Shown here piece after piece: positions 9,632 through 19,685 of a stretch of 53,459 bases of DNA. Location: assembly GCA_001914535.1 (NCBI GenBank), contig MNCR01000102.1:1-53459 (forward strand), read 5' to 3'. Both the position numbers and the translations under genes were made by a program. Within the stretch, counting starts at the first letter, position 1. Every line of letters begins with the position of its first letter. This DNA comes from Candidatus Rokubacteria bacterium 13_2_20CM_69_15_1 (GTDB lineage Bacteria; Methylomirabilota; Methylomirabilia; Rokubacteriales; CSP1-6). The notes beneath the pieces were generated by a model, which searched no databases, was not told the DNA's origin, and saw only the letters and a list, made by a program, of their open reading frames with translations.

Positions 9632-12600
9632 ATGCGCCTCGAGTCGATCACGTTGCACGGGTTCAAGTCGTTCGGCGAGAAGACCGTGGTGCGGGTCCTG
9701 CCCGGCATCACGGGGGTCGTCGGCCCGAACGGGTGCGGGAAAAGCAACGTGGCAGACGCCGTCCGCTGGGCGCTCGGCGAGCAGAGCGCGAAGTCGCTCC
9801 GCGGCCAGCGCATGGAAGACCTGATCTTCCACGGCTCGCAGTCGCGAAAGCCGGTCGGGCTCGCCGAGGTCGAGCTGGCCTTCGGAAACGACGGCACGCT
9901 CTCGGTGCCGTGGGCCGAAGTGTCGGTCACGCGGCGGCTCTACCGTTCGGGCGAGAGCGAGTACCTCCTCAACGGTGGCCCGTCGCGGCTGCGCGACATC
10001 CTCGACCTCTTCGCGGGCACCGGCGCCAACCCGCGCGCCTACTCGGTCATGGACCAGGACAAACTCAACCACGTGCTGACGGCGAAGCCCCACGAGCGAC
10101 GGGTTTTCATCGAGGAGGCGGCCGGAATCGCGCGCTACAAGCAGCAGCGCAACGAGACGCAGGGTAAGCTCGACGCGACCCGCGCGAACCTCGTCCGCGT
10201 GCGCGACGTCATGGACGAGGTCAAGCGGCAGCTCTCCTCCCTCGAGCGGCAGGCGAAGAAGGCGCAGCAGTACAAGGCGCTGCAGACCACGAAGCGCGAC
10301 CTCTCGCTCGCGGTCCTCGCGGCCGAGTACGTGGCGCGCGTGGCCGAGGGCGAGCGGCTCGCGGAGGAGCTCACCCGCCTGCGCGATCAGGAGCAGGCGC
10401 TCCGGACGCGTTCCGCGCAGCTCGCGGCGCGAGAGGCACGGCAGCGCGAGCGACTCCAGGAGAGCGATCACCGGCTCTCGGACCTCCGCCAGTCGGTCCA
10501 GAAGGTGCAGGGCGAGCTCGAGCGGCTGCTGGAGCGGCGTGAGCAGATGGGGGTGCAGCTCGCCGAGCTCGGCGAGGAGACGCTCCGGCTCGACGCGGAG
10601 ATCCGCGCCACGTCGGATCGGCTCGGGGCGATCGTCGGCGAGCGTGAGACCGCGCGAGAGTCGCTCACCGAAGCCTCACGGCTCGTCGAGGAGCGGGGGC
10701 GCACGGCGGACGCGCTCGCCGCCGCCCTCGAGCGCCATCGCGAGGCCCTCGCCGCAGAGCGCGACCGCGCCGAGGCGGCGAGGCTCGAGCAGGTGAGGGT
10801 CGCCGCCGAGCGCGTCGACCTCATGCGGCACGCGGGCGAGCTGCGGGAGCGCGAGGCCCAGCTCCGTCGGCGGGCGGAGCGCCTCGCGGTCGAGCTCGGC
10901 CAGGCGGAGGCCGAGGCGGCGGGGATCCTGGCCCTCCGCGCGAGCCTCGTCCAGGCGCGTGACGCCGCGCAGACGGAGCTCGGCGCGCTCGCCAGCGAGC
11001 GGGAGCGGCTCGCGACCCGACTCGCGGCGGAGGAGCGTGGCCTGGCCGAGACGGAGAGCGCGCTGGCGAACGCGCGGGTCACGCTGGCGGCTCGCCGGTC
11101 GAGCCTCGAGGCGCTCGCGGAGCTCGAGCGTGCGCGCGAGGGTTACGGCGCGGGCGTGCGCGCCGTTTTTCGAGGGGGACGCGTGGCGGCGTTGACGGGC
11201 GTCGTGGGGACGGTGGCGGATCTCCTCGAGGTGCCGAAGGGCTTGGAGCGCGCGATCGAAGCGGTGCTGGGCGAGCGCCTCCAGTGGGTGGTCGTCGAAC
11301 GGTTCGAGCACGCGCGCGCGGCGGTCGCGTACCTCAGCGAGCGGTCGCTAGGCGCGGCCACGTTCCTGCCGCTCGAGCACCTGCCCGCGCCGGCGGGCTC
11401 GCCGCCGGACGAGCATGGAGTCAGCTGGGTGGCGCGGAGCGTGGGTGCGCCGAGCCTGAGCCTCGTCCACCACCTCCTCGGACAGGTCGCGATCGTCGAC
11501 CACCTCGACGAGGCGGAAGCGCTCTGGCGGCGGAACGGCGTCGTCGCGACGTATGTCACGCCGATCGGCGAGGTGCTCGGCCCGACCGGACGGCTCCACG
11601 GCGGGGGCCAGGCTCCGGCGGCCGATGTCGAGCACTCGCTGCTCACGCGCAAGCGCCAGCTGCGCGAGCTCGAGGAGGAGGTGCGCCGGCTTTCGACGTC
11701 GGTGGACGAGGCGCAAGCCGAGGTGGGGCGGCACGAGGCCGAGGTGACGACGATCCGCGCCGAGATCGCCGAGATCGAGCGGGCCCTCCACGCGCGGGAA
11801 GCGGCCCAGCTCGCCGGCGAGAAGGATCTCGAGCAGGCGGGGCGCGAGCACGAGCGGGTTCATCGCCACCGCGAGACGATCCAGACCGAGGCGCGCCAGG
11901 TCGCGCAGGAGTGCGAGGAGACCGTCGCGACCCTGGGCCAGCTCGAGGCGCGCGTCGCCCTCGCGCGCGACGCCGAGGCGACCCACGAAGCGCGGATGGC
12001 GCGGCTCCGCGAGGCGATCGAGGCGGCGCAGGCCCGGGAAACGGAGCTGGTGGCGCAGACGACGGCGTGCCGCGTGGACGTGGCGTCCACCACCGAGCGT
12101 GTGGAGGCGCTGGGCCGCGAGCTCACGCGGATCGACGACATCGAGCGTGACTTCACGGGGCGCATCGAGCAGGCCCGGGCGCGACAGGTCCAGCTCGCCG
12201 ACCGGCGAACCTGGCTCACCGAGGAGCGAGAGCGCACGGACGCGAGCGCGCGCGAAATCGCCGTCGAGCGCGACCGCAAGGACGCCGAGGTGCGGCAGGC
12301 GTCGGAGCACCACGAGGGGCTGCTCGCGGAGTTGCGCGCGATCGAAACCGACCAGCGCACGGTTGACGGCGAGCTCGCGCGGCTCGTCGCCTCGATCCAC
12401 GAGATCGATCTGGGCGCGACCGAGTGCCGGGTGCGCCGGGAGGAGCTCGGCCAGGAGGCGTGGCGCGCCTATGGCGTAGACGCGGCGGCGCTTGCCGCCC
12501 ACCACGACCCGGCCCGCGACCTCGGAACGGCCCGGGCGCAGATCGCCGAGCTCGAGGAGAAGCTGGCCGCGATCGGGCCCGTGAACCTCGTCGCCGACGA

Positions 12601-13195
12601 CGAGTACCGCGAGCTCGACGAGCGGCTCGCGTTCCTCCAGACGCAGCACGACGACCTCGTCGCCTCGATCAAGGACCTCGAAAAGGCGCTGCGTGGCATG
12701 ACGCGGAGCGCGCAGGAGCGCTTCGCTCAGGCGTTCCAGGAGATCAACCGCCACTTCAGCGAACTCTTCCAGCGTCTCTTCGAGGGGGGCCGGGCCGAGC
12801 TCCGGCTGGTCGAGGCCGAAGATGGCGGTGACCCGCTCGACACCGGTGTCGATCTGATGGCACAGCCCCGGGGCAAACGGTTGCAGTCCGTGACGTTGCT
12901 CTCGGGCGGCGAGCGTGCGCTGACGGGCCTGGCGCTCCTGTTCGCGATCTTCTACTTCCGGCCGAGTCCGTTCTGCGTTCTCGACGAGGTGGATGCGCCC
13001 CTCGACGACGCCAACATCCATCGGTTCTTGCGCGTGCTGCGGGAGTTGACGAGCCGGACCCAGTTCCTCGTCATCACCCACAATCGGAAGACCATGGAGG
13101 CGACCGACGTTCTCTACGGCGTCACCATGGAGGAGCCCGGGCTCTCGAAGCTCGTCTCGGTCAACCTCAACGCCGAGGTCTCGCTCAGTAAGTAG
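9632..13195 (+). CDS. smc: Chromosome segregation protein SMC
   Basis: MRLESITLHGFKSF start, GPNGCGKSN Walker A, hinge (TFLPL), long coiled coils, LSGGE signature, LDEVDAPLD Walker B. Confidence 0.97.
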   Translation: MRLESITLHGFKSFGEKTVVRVLPGITGVVGPNGCGKSNVADAVRWALGEQSAKSLRGQRMEDLIFHGSQSRKPVGLAEVELAFGNDGTLSVPWAEVSVTRRLYRSGESEYLLNGGPSRLRDILDLFAGTGANPRAYSVMDQDKLNHVLTAKPHERRVFIEEAAGIARYKQQRNETQGKLDATRANLVRVRDVMDEVKRQLSSLERQAKKAQQYKALQTTKRDLSLAVLAAEYVARVAEGERLAEELTRLRDQEQALRTRSAQLAAREARQRERLQESDHRLSDLRQSVQKVQGELERLLERREQMGVQLAELGEETLRLDAEIRATSDRLGAIVGERETARESLTEASRLVEERGRTADALAAALERHREALAAERDRAEAARLEQVRVAAERVDLMRHAGELREREAQLRRRAERLAVELGQAEAEAAGILALRASLVQARDAAQTELGALASERERLATRLAAEERGLAETESALANARVTLAARRSSLEALAELERAREGYGAGVRAVFRGGRVAALTGVVGTVADLLEVPKGLERAIEAVLGERLQWVVVERFEHARAAVAYLSERSLGAATFLPLEHLPAPAGSPPDEHGVSWVARSVGAPSLSLVHHLLGQVAIVDHLDEAEALWRRNGVVATYVTPIGEVLGPTGRLHGGGQAPAADVEHSLLTRKRQLRELEEEVRRLSTSVDEAQAEVGRHEAEVTTIRAEIAEIERALHAREAAQLAGEKDLEQAGREHERVHRHRETIQTEARQVAQECEETVATLGQLEARVALARDAEATHEARMARLREAIEAAQARETELVAQTTACRVDVASTTERVEALGRELTRIDDIERDFTGRIEQARARQVQLADRRTWLTEERERTDASAREIAVERDRKDAEVRQASEHHEGLLAELRAIETDQRTVDGELARLVASIHEIDLGATECRVRREELGQEAWRAYGVDAAALAAHHDPARDLGTARAQIAELEEKLAAIGPVNLVADDEYRELDERLAFLQTQHDDLVASIKDLEKALRGMTRSAQERFAQAFQEINRHFSELFQRLFEGGRAELRLVEAEDGGDPLDTGVDLMAQPRGKRLQSVTLLSGGERALTGLALLFAIFYFRPSPFCVLDEVDAPLDDANIHRFLRVLRELTSRTQFLVITHNRKTMEATDVLYGVTMEEPGLSKLVSVNLNAEVSLSK

Positions 13196-13238
13196 GTGAA
13201 GAGGCTGACGAAATAGGCTAGACTCGGCGCGTTGGTAT

Positions 13239-14105
13239 ATGTCGTCGGTCGGCTCCCATCTTCGCGAGCTCCGTGAGCGGCGAGGCGTCTCCCTCGACGA
13301 GATCTCTCGCTCCACACGGGTTCTGTCCCCCCAACTGCAAGCGCTCGAGGCGGACAATTTCGCGGCGCTTCCGGCCCCCGCATTCGTCCGGGGGTTCATC
13401 CGCGCGTACTGTCAGGCCCTCGGTGAGCACCCCGACGCGGCGCTCGCCCTCTACGAGGCGAGCCGGCCCCCAGGCCGGCCAGAGGGCGTGGGGCCGCGCG
13501 TCGCCCAGGGAAGCGACGCCGCTCTAGGGGAATCGCGGACGCGAGCGGAGCAGGGGACGCCCCAGGAGGCCCGCGGTCGCGGTGCGGTCTTCGTGAGCTT
13601 TGTGCTCCTCGTCGTCCTCGGCGTCGCCCTCTTCGCGGTGACACTCGCGCTCCAGCCTGCCGGAGAACGCCGGGTCGAGCCGCGGACGCCGCCGCCGACG
13701 ATCGCGGCCCCTGCGCCCGAGGCCCCGCCCTCGAGCGTGGCCGAACCGGTGGCGCCGACGGTGCGCCCGGCGATGCGTCCGCCGACGCCGGCGGCGCCAG
13801 TCCAGACCCCGGCGTCGCCGCCGGCGACCGCCCCTGCGGGGGTCACCGACGTCGCGGCCACGTACCGGCTCGTCGCGCGCACGTCGGAGCTGACGTGGAT
13901 ACGAGTGCGCATGGACGACGGGCGGATGAGCGAGGAGAACATCCCGGCGGGCGAGGTCCGCGAATGGGTCTCGAATCGGCCGTTCGTCCTGAGCATCGGT
14001 AACGCGGGAGGAGTCACCCTCGAGCTGAACGGCCAGCGCCTTCCGCCGCTGGGCCGGAGCGGAGCCGCGATCGCGCGGCTCGTCCTGCCCTCGGAAGGCC
14101 AGTGA
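13239..14105 (+). CDS. rodZ: RodZ-like protein (N-terminal HTH, one TM helix, C-terminal DUF4115)
   Basis: GSHLRELRERRGVSLDEI..FVRGFIRAY HTH, TM segment, Pro-rich linker, WIRV...IGNAGGVTLELNG. Confidence 0.85.
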   Translation: MSSVGSHLRELRERRGVSLDEISRSTRVLSPQLQALEADNFAALPAPAFVRGFIRAYCQALGEHPDAALALYEASRPPGRPEGVGPRVAQGSDAALGESRTRAEQGTPQEARGRGAVFVSFVLLVVLGVALFAVTLALQPAGERRVEPRTPPPTIAAPAPEAPPSSVAEPVAPTVRPAMRPPTPAAPVQTPASPPATAPAGVTDVAATYRLVARTSELTWIRVRMDDGRMSEENIPAGEVREWVSNRPFVLSIGNAGGVTLELNGQRLPPLGRSGAAIARLVLPSEGQ

Positions 14106-15028
14106 CGTTCCTCGGGGGTCTCGGGGACCGGCTTCGCGAGGGGCTCAGGCGGTCGCAGGAGCATCTCGCAAACGGCCTCCGCACGGTGCTCGAGCCGGAG
14201 CGGCCGATCGGTGAGGCGCTCTACGCGGAGCTCGAGGAGCTCCTCATCGCGGCCGACCTGGGCGCCACGCTCGCCGCCGACTTCACGAACCGCGCGCGCG
14301 AAGAGGTCATGTTCGGGACGGTCACGCGCGCCGACCAGCTCCGCCCAGTTTTCCGGCGGTTCCTCGCCGACACGCTCCAGTCCGCTGCCCAGCCGCTCAA
14401 CCTCGACCACCGGCCCGCGGTGGTGCTGATGCTCGGGGTCAACGGCGCGGGGAAGACGACGACGGCCGCCAAGCTCGCCGCCGCCCTCAAGGGATCGGAC
14501 AGGCGGGTTCTCCTCGCGGCCGCCGACACGTTCCGCGCGGCGGCGATCGAGCAGCTCCAGCGCTGGGGCGAGCGGATCGGCGTCGAGGTGATCCACCAGG
14601 CCACCGGCTCGGATCCGGCGGCGGTCGTGTTCGACGCCGTGAAGGCCGCGACCGCCCGCGGGACGGATGCGCTGATCATCGACACGGCCGGGCGCCTGCA
14701 CACAAAGGCGAACCTGATGGAAGAGCTGGCGAAGCTCAAGCGCGTGATCGAGCGGCAGCTCCCCGGCGGTCCACACGAGTCGCTCATGGTCCTCGACGCG
14801 CCGACGGGCCAGAACGGCTTCGCCCAGGCGCGCGTGTTCCACGAAGCGATCGGCCTCACCGGCGTCGCGCTGACGAAGCTCGACGGCACCGCCAAGGGCG
14901 GCATCGTCGTGCGGATCGTGCGCGAGCTGAAGGTGCCGATCAAGCTGATCGGCGTCGGCGAGCGCGTCGACGACCTGCAGGGGTTCGACGCCGAGGCGTT
15001 CGTGGACGCCCTGGTGCCTCCGCCGTGA
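14102..15028 (+). CDS. ftsY: SRP receptor GTPase FtsY (short form, no acidic A domain)
   Basis: GVNGAGKTTT, DTFRAAA, DTAGR, TKLDGTAKGG, GVGE. Confidence 0.97.
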   Translation: MTFLGGLGDRLREGLRRSQEHLANGLRTVLEPERPIGEALYAELEELLIAADLGATLAADFTNRAREEVMFGTVTRADQLRPVFRRFLADTLQSAAQPLNLDHRPAVVLMLGVNGAGKTTTAAKLAAALKGSDRRVLLAAADTFRAAAIEQLQRWGERIGVEVIHQATGSDPAAVVFDAVKAATARGTDALIIDTAGRLHTKANLMEELAKLKRVIERQLPGGPHESLMVLDAPTGQNGFAQARVFHEAIGLTGVALTKLDGTAKGGIVVRIVRELKVPIKLIGVGERVDDLQGFDAEAFVDALVPPP

Positions 15029-16143
15029 CCTCTAGCGAGGAGCGCGTCATGCGGCGTGCGCTCGAGCTCGCCGAGCGGGGGCGGGGGCTCACGTCGCCGA
15101 ACCCGATGGTCGGCGCCGTCGTCGCGGCGCCGGGCGGCGAGATCGTCGGCGAGGGAGTCCACTTGAAGGCGGGCGGGCCGCACGCGGAGATCGAGGCGCT
15201 CCGGGCGGCGGGCCGCTACGCCCGCGGCGCGACGCTCTACGTCACCCTGGAACCGTGCGCCCACCAGGGGCGAACGCCGCCCTGCACGACCCGGATCGTC
15301 GACGCGGGCGTGGCGCGCGTCGTGGCCCCGCTCGTCGATCCGAACCCCCTCGTCGCGGGCCGTGGGTTCGAGGTCCTGCGTCGCGCGGCCATCGAGGTGA
15401 CCGTGGGGCTCCTCGCCGAGGAGGCCGCACTCCAGAATCGCGTGTTCTTCACCGCGATGCGGGAGCGGCGGCCCCACGTGACGCTCAAGGCGGCGATGAC
15501 GCTCGACGGGAAGATCGCGGACGCCCAGGGCGCCTCCCGCTGGATCACGGGCGAGCCGGCGCGGGCCCGGGCGCACCGATGCAGGAGCGAGGCCGACGCG
15601 ATCGTCGTCGGCGTCACCACGGTGATGCGCGACGACCCCGAGTTGACCGTCCGGCTTGGCGAGCCCTGGCCGCGGGAACCGTATCGGGTGGCGCTCGACA
15701 CCGAGGGGCGTACGCCGCCCGGCGCGCGCTTCATCGCGGCCGGCGACCCGGCGCGCGCGCTCGTCGCCGTCGGCGCGGCGGCGCCCGAGGAACGGGTCCT
15801 TCCGCTTCAGGCGGCGGGCGCGACCGTGGTCCGGTGCCCGACGCGCGACGGGCGCGTCGATCTCGGGTTCCTGCTCGGTGAGCTGTTCAGGCGTGACGTG
15901 CGGGGCGTCCTCGTGGAAGGCGGCGGGGAGGTTCACGCGGCCTTCCTGGACGCCGGTCTCGTGGATCGCGTCACGGTCTTCCTGGCACCCCTGCTCGTCG
16001 GCGGGCGCACGGCGCCGTCCGTCGTCGGCGGCGGGGGCCGGGAGCTCAAGAGCGCGGTGAGGCTTGGGCCGCTGACCATCACCCCGGTCGGCGACGATAT
16101 CTTGCTGGAGGCGGACGTGATCCGCGAGCCGCGCGGGGCGTAG
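15025..16143 (+). CDS. ribD: Riboflavin biosynthesis deaminase/reductase RibD
   Basis: [32 protein letters not shown]. Confidence 0.96.
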   Translation: MTSSEERVMRRALELAERGRGLTSPNPMVGAVVAAPGGEIVGEGVHLKAGGPHAEIEALRAAGRYARGATLYVTLEPCAHQGRTPPCTTRIVDAGVARVVAPLVDPNPLVAGRGFEVLRRAAIEVTVGLLAEEAALQNRVFFTAMRERRPHVTLKAAMTLDGKIADAQGASRWITGEPARARAHRCRSEADAIVVGVTTVMRDDPELTVRLGEPWPREPYRVALDTEGRTPPGARFIAAGDPARALVAVGAAAPEERVLPLQAAGATVVRCPTRDGRVDLGFLLGELFRRDVRGVLVEGGGEVHAAFLDAGLVDRVTVFLAPLLVGGRTAPSVVGGGGRELKSAVRLGPLTITPVGDDILLEADVIREPRGA

Positions 16144-16746
16144 GTGTTCACCGGGATTGTCGAGGAGATGGGGACCGTCGTCGCGCTCGCGCGCTCCGGC
16201 CAGGCCGCCCGGCTCGGCGTGCGAGCGGAGGCGACGCTCGAGGGCAGCGACCGCGGCGCGAGCCTGGCCGTGAACGGCGCCTGCCTCACGGTGGTCGAGC
16301 GGAGCGCGGACGGGTTCGTCTTCGAGCTCGGGCCGGAGACCCTCGCGCGGACGACGCTCGGCCGGCTTCAGCCGGGCGAGCCCGTCAACCTCGAACGGCC
16401 GCTGCGCTTTGGAGGGGCCCTGGGCGGCCACCTCGTGCTTGGCCACGTGGATGGAGTGGGCGCCGTCGAGGAGGTAACGCGTGTAGAATCAACCACGCGG
16501 GTACGGATCGCGCTGCCCAGCCGAGAGCTCGAGCCGCTGCTGATCCCCCAGGGGTCGGTGGCGGTGGACGGTGTGAGCCTCACGGTGGCCGCGCTGGGCG
16601 ACATGAGCTTCGAGGTCATGCTGATCCCGTACACACTGACCGCCACGACGCTCGGTCGGCTCAGGCCCGGGCAGCCGACGAACGTCGAAACCGACGTGAT
16701 CGGCAAGTACCTGGTTCGATCGCTGGCGCAGAAGGGGGTGACATGA
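16144..16746 (+). CDS. ribE: Riboflavin synthase (alpha chain)
   Basis: MFTGIVE N-terminus, [25 protein letters not shown]. Confidence 0.96.
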   Translation: MFTGIVEEMGTVVALARSGQAARLGVRAEATLEGSDRGASLAVNGACLTVVERSADGFVFELGPETLARTTLGRLQPGEPVNLERPLRFGGALGGHLVLGHVDGVGAVEEVTRVESTTRVRIALPSRELEPLLIPQGSVAVDGVSLTVAALGDMSFEVMLIPYTLTATTLGRLRPGQPTNVETDVIGKYLVRSLAQKGVT

Positions 16747-17954
16747 CGGTGTTTGCGACCATCGAGGAGGCCATCGAGAACATTCGCCAGGGGCGGATCC
16801 TCGTGGTCGTGGACGACGAGGACCGCGAGAACGAAGGCGATCTCGTGATGGCCGCCGACCGGGTCACGCCAGAGGCGGTCAACTTCATGGCCAAGCACGG
16901 CCGCGGCCTCATCTGCGTGCCGATGACCGGTGAGCGGCTGGACGAGCTCAGGATCTCGATGATGGTCTCGGACAACACGGCGCCCATGGGGACCGCGTTC
17001 ACCGTCACGGTCGACGCCCGACGTGGCGTCACGACCGGCACCTCCGCCTATGACCGGGCGGTCACGATCCGCACCCTGGTCGATCCACAGATGCGGGCCG
17101 ACGACCTCGCACGTCCGGGCCACATCCTCCCGCTGCGAGCGATGCCGGGCGGCGTCCTGCGCCGCGCCGGCCACACCGAGGCGGCGGTGGACCTGGCCCG
17201 GCTGGCCGGCTGCTACCCGGCGGGTGTCATCTGCGAGGTCCTCGACGAGGACGGAGGAATGGCGCGGGTGGACCAGCTCCAGGAGCTGGCCTTGGCGCAC
17301 GGCCTCATGATGATCACGATCAAGGACCTGATCGAGTACCGGATCCGCACGGAGAAGCTCGTCCGGCGGGTCGCCACGACCAAGCTCCCAACGGATTGGG
17401 GGGAGCTCACGGCGATCGCGTACGACACGAGCGTGGACCCGCGCGTGCCGCTCGCCCTCGTCATGGGACAGGTGGGGGGCGACGCGCCGGTGCTCGTCCG
17501 TGTCCACTCCGAGTGCTTGCCGGGAGACGTCTTCCACTCACGCCGGTGCGACTGTGGGCCCCAGCTCGAGAAGGCGTTGGCGATCATCCAGGCCGAGGGA
17601 CGCGGCGTCTTCGTTTACATGCGCCAGGAGGGGCGGGGCATCGGGCTCCTCAACAAGATGCGCGCCTACGAACTTCAAGATCTGGGCAAGGACACGGTTG
17701 AGGCCAACGCGGCGCTCGGTTTCAAGGCCGACCTTCGCGACTACGGGATCGGCGCCCAGATCCTCGTGGACCTGGGCGTGAAAAATCTCAGGTTGCTCAC
17801 CAACAACCCGAAGAAGATCGTCGGGCTGGAGGGCTACGGTCTCCACATCGCCGAGCGCGTGCCTATCGAGATCCCGCCCAACGACGCCAATCGAAAGTAC
17901 TTGAGCACCAAGCGCGACAAGCTCGGGCATCTCCTCTCGTCGCTCCCGGACTGA
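16743..17954 (+). CDS. ribBA: Bifunctional DHBP synthase / GTP cyclohydrolase II
   Basis: [25 protein letters not shown]....RCDCG, QEGRGIG, TNNPKK. Confidence 0.97.
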   Translation: MTVFATIEEAIENIRQGRILVVVDDEDRENEGDLVMAADRVTPEAVNFMAKHGRGLICVPMTGERLDELRISMMVSDNTAPMGTAFTVTVDARRGVTTGTSAYDRAVTIRTLVDPQMRADDLARPGHILPLRAMPGGVLRRAGHTEAAVDLARLAGCYPAGVICEVLDEDGGMARVDQLQELALAHGLMMITIKDLIEYRIRTEKLVRRVATTKLPTDWGELTAIAYDTSVDPRVPLALVMGQVGGDAPVLVRVHSECLPGDVFHSRRCDCGPQLEKALAIIQAEGRGVFVYMRQEGRGIGLLNKMRAYELQDLGKDTVEANAALGFKADLRDYGIGAQILVDLGVKNLRLLTNNPKKIVGLEGYGLHIAERVPIEIPPNDANRKYLSTKRDKLGHLLSSLPD

Positions 17955-17955
17955 G

Positions 17956-18534
17956 ATGGCCGGTCGAGCGCCCAGACTGCGCCGCGTGCGCCCGTCGGGA
18001 CGCTCCGTCAGGTTCGCGATCGTCGCGGCTCGCTTCAACGAGCGCATCACCGCGCGCCTCGTCCAGGGCGCGCTCCGGGCGTTCCGCACCGCGCGCCTCG
18101 CCGACGACGCCGTGGAGGTCCACTGGGTGCCGGGGTCGTTCGAGCTTCCGCAGGCCGCCGGTCACCTGGCCGCGACGGGGCGATACGCCGGAATCGTGTG
18201 CGTGGGCGTGGTCATTCGGGGCCAGACGCCACACTTCGAGCTCGTCGCGCGCGAGGCCGCGGCGGGGATCCGCCAGGTGGCGCTCACCACCGGTGTGCCC
18301 GCGACGTTCGGCGTGGTCACCGCGCTCAGCGAGGAGCAGGCGTGGGCGCGGGCGGGCGGCGAGGTGGGGAACCGAGGCGGGGAGGCCGCCGAGGCGGCGC
18401 TCGCGATGGCCGAGTGGATCAGCCGGCTGCGGAATGGCCGCGGGACCCTACGCCCCGCAAAGTCCGCGGGAGCGGAGCCGCGCGCGCCTCTCGCTGGCCA
18501 CCCACGCCTCTTGCGGCCTCGCGGCACCCGATAA
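17956..18534 (+). CDS. ribH: 6,7-dimethyl-8-ribityllumazine synthase with repeat-derived C-terminal extension
   Basis: ARFN, VPGSFELP, GVVIRGQTPHF, FGV, NRG.EAA; about 34 extra residues after the usual end. Confidence 0.93.
   Translation: MAGRAPRLRRVRPSGRSVRFAIVAARFNERITARLVQGALRAFRTARLADDAVEVHWVPGSFELPQAAGHLAATGRYAGIVCVGVVIRGQTPHFELVAREAAAGIRQVALTTGVPATFGVVTALSEEQAWARAGGEVGNRGGEAAEAALAMAEWISRLRNGRGTLRPAKSAGAEPRAPLAGHPRLLRPRGTR
18466..18534 (+). repeat. Junction repeat family copy fused in frame to the ribH 3' end
   Basis: GAGCCGCGCGCGCCTCTCGCTGGCCACCCACGC..CGGCCTCGCGGCACCCGATAAATG aligns with unit 25153-25221; reads EPRAPLAGHPR. Confidence 0.75.
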
Positions 18535-18951
18535 ATGGGCAGTCGGCGACGGGCGCGGGAAGTCGCGCTGCAGTTCCTCTACCAACTGGATCTGCAGGGC
18601 GAGGACGACCCCGTGCCGCACGAGCAGGAGTTCTGGGCGCGCCACGCGCTGTCCGGCGAGGCCAAGACGTTCGCCGAGACGCTCGTGCGCGGCACGAAGG
18701 CGAGCCAGGCCAAGATCGACCAGATGATCGAGCAGTACACCGAGAACTGGGCCCTCGAGCGCATGGCGGCCGTGGATCGCAACATTCTGCGCGTCGCCGT
18801 CTACGAAATGCTCTGGACGGACGAGGCGCCGGGGAAGGTCGTCATCAACGAGGCGATCGAGATCGCGAAGAAGTTCGGCACGAAGGAGTCGGGCCGGTTC
18901 ATCAACGGCGTCCTCGACCGGATCCACAAAGAGCTGCGACCGGCTTCTTGA
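18535..18951 (+). CDS. nusB: Transcription antitermination factor NusB
   Basis: RRRARE.ALQ.LY, DRNILR, VVINEAIEIAKKFG, FINGVLD; follows ribH. Confidence 0.96.
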   Translation: MGSRRRAREVALQFLYQLDLQGEDDPVPHEQEFWARHALSGEAKTFAETLVRGTKASQAKIDQMIEQYTENWALERMAAVDRNILRVAVYEMLWTDEAPGKVVINEAIEIAKKFGTKESGRFINGVLDRIHKELRPAS

Positions 18952-18959
18952 CCCTTGCC

Positions 18960-19685
18960 GTGCGGTACGCGGTCGTCTCCGACATCCACGGCAACCTCGA
19001 AGCGCTCGACGCCGTCCTAGCCGACGTCGCCGGACGCGCGGACGCGATTCTCTGCCTGGGCGACGTCGTGGGCTACGGCGCCGACCCGCGCGCGTGCATC
19101 GAGCGATTGGCCGAGCGCGCGCAGGTGATCACGGCCGGCAACCACGAGCACGCCGTCGCGGGCCTCCTCGACCTCGACTGGTTCAATCCATACGCACGCG
19201 CCGCGGCTGAGTGGACGCGCGAGCGCCTCGACGACGACCACCGGAGCTACCTCGCCGCGCTGCCGCTGGTGGCCCAGGTGGACGACGCGACGCTCGTCCA
19301 CGCCTCGCCCGACCATCCGGAGGAGTGGGAGTACCTCGTGTCCGCCGAGGACGGCTTCCAGGCGTTCGCCGCGTTCACGACGCGCCTGTGCTTCGTGGGG
19401 CACTCGCATGTGCCGGGCGTATGGTCGCTCGGCTCGACTGGCCCCACGTGGCTCCCGGGCGCGGTGGAGGTCGATCTCGAGCACGGCCGCCGCTACCTCG
19501 TGAACGTGGGGAGCGTCGGCCAGCCCCGGGACCGTGACTCGCGCGCGGCGTACGCGCTCTGGTCCGTCGAGGACGGGGCCGTCGCCATCCGGAGGGTCCC
19601 GTACGACGTCGACGCCGCCCGCCGAAAGATCGTCGCGGGCGGACTGCCGCAGTATCTCGCCGACCGCCTGGCATGGGGCGCCTGA
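18960..19685 (+). CDS. Calcineurin-like metallophosphoesterase
   Basis: SDIHGN, LGDVVGYG, GNHE, H(A/G)SP, GHSH, NVGSVGQPRD motifs; GTG start. Confidence 0.9.
   Translation: MRYAVVSDIHGNLEALDAVLADVAGRADAILCLGDVVGYGADPRACIERLAERAQVITAGNHEHAVAGLLDLDWFNPYARAAAEWTRERLDDDHRSYLAALPLVAQVDDATLVHASPDHPEEWEYLVSAEDGFQAFAAFTTRLCFVGHSHVPGVWSLGSTGPTWLPGAVEVDLEHGRRYLVNVGSVGQPRDRDSRAAYALWSVEDGAVAIRRVPYDVDAARRKIVAGGLPQYLADRLAWGA

Noticed and set aside
6648-13399. Very long antisense and alternative-frame ORFs (e.g. 967 aa opposite secA, 683 aa opposite smc, many others window-wide)
   Set aside because: Shadow ORFs expected from high GC3 codon bias; Arg/Ala/Pro-rich, no motifs, fully overlapping well-supported genes.
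13462-13519. Two small hairpins in the rodZ cytoplasmic linker (GCCGGCC/GGCCGGC; GCGTCGC/GCGACGC) as an in-frame palindromic insert
   Set aside because: 7-bp GC stems are common at this composition, there is no second copy in the window, and RodZ linkers are naturally variable.
18484-18510. GCC-TCTCGCT-GGC resembles the P3/L3 of HDV-like ribozymes
   Set aside because: I could not find the upstream P1 partner for CACCCAC or a P2/J4/2 arrangement, and the loop is not conserved among copies; an Infernal scan would be needed to revive the idea.
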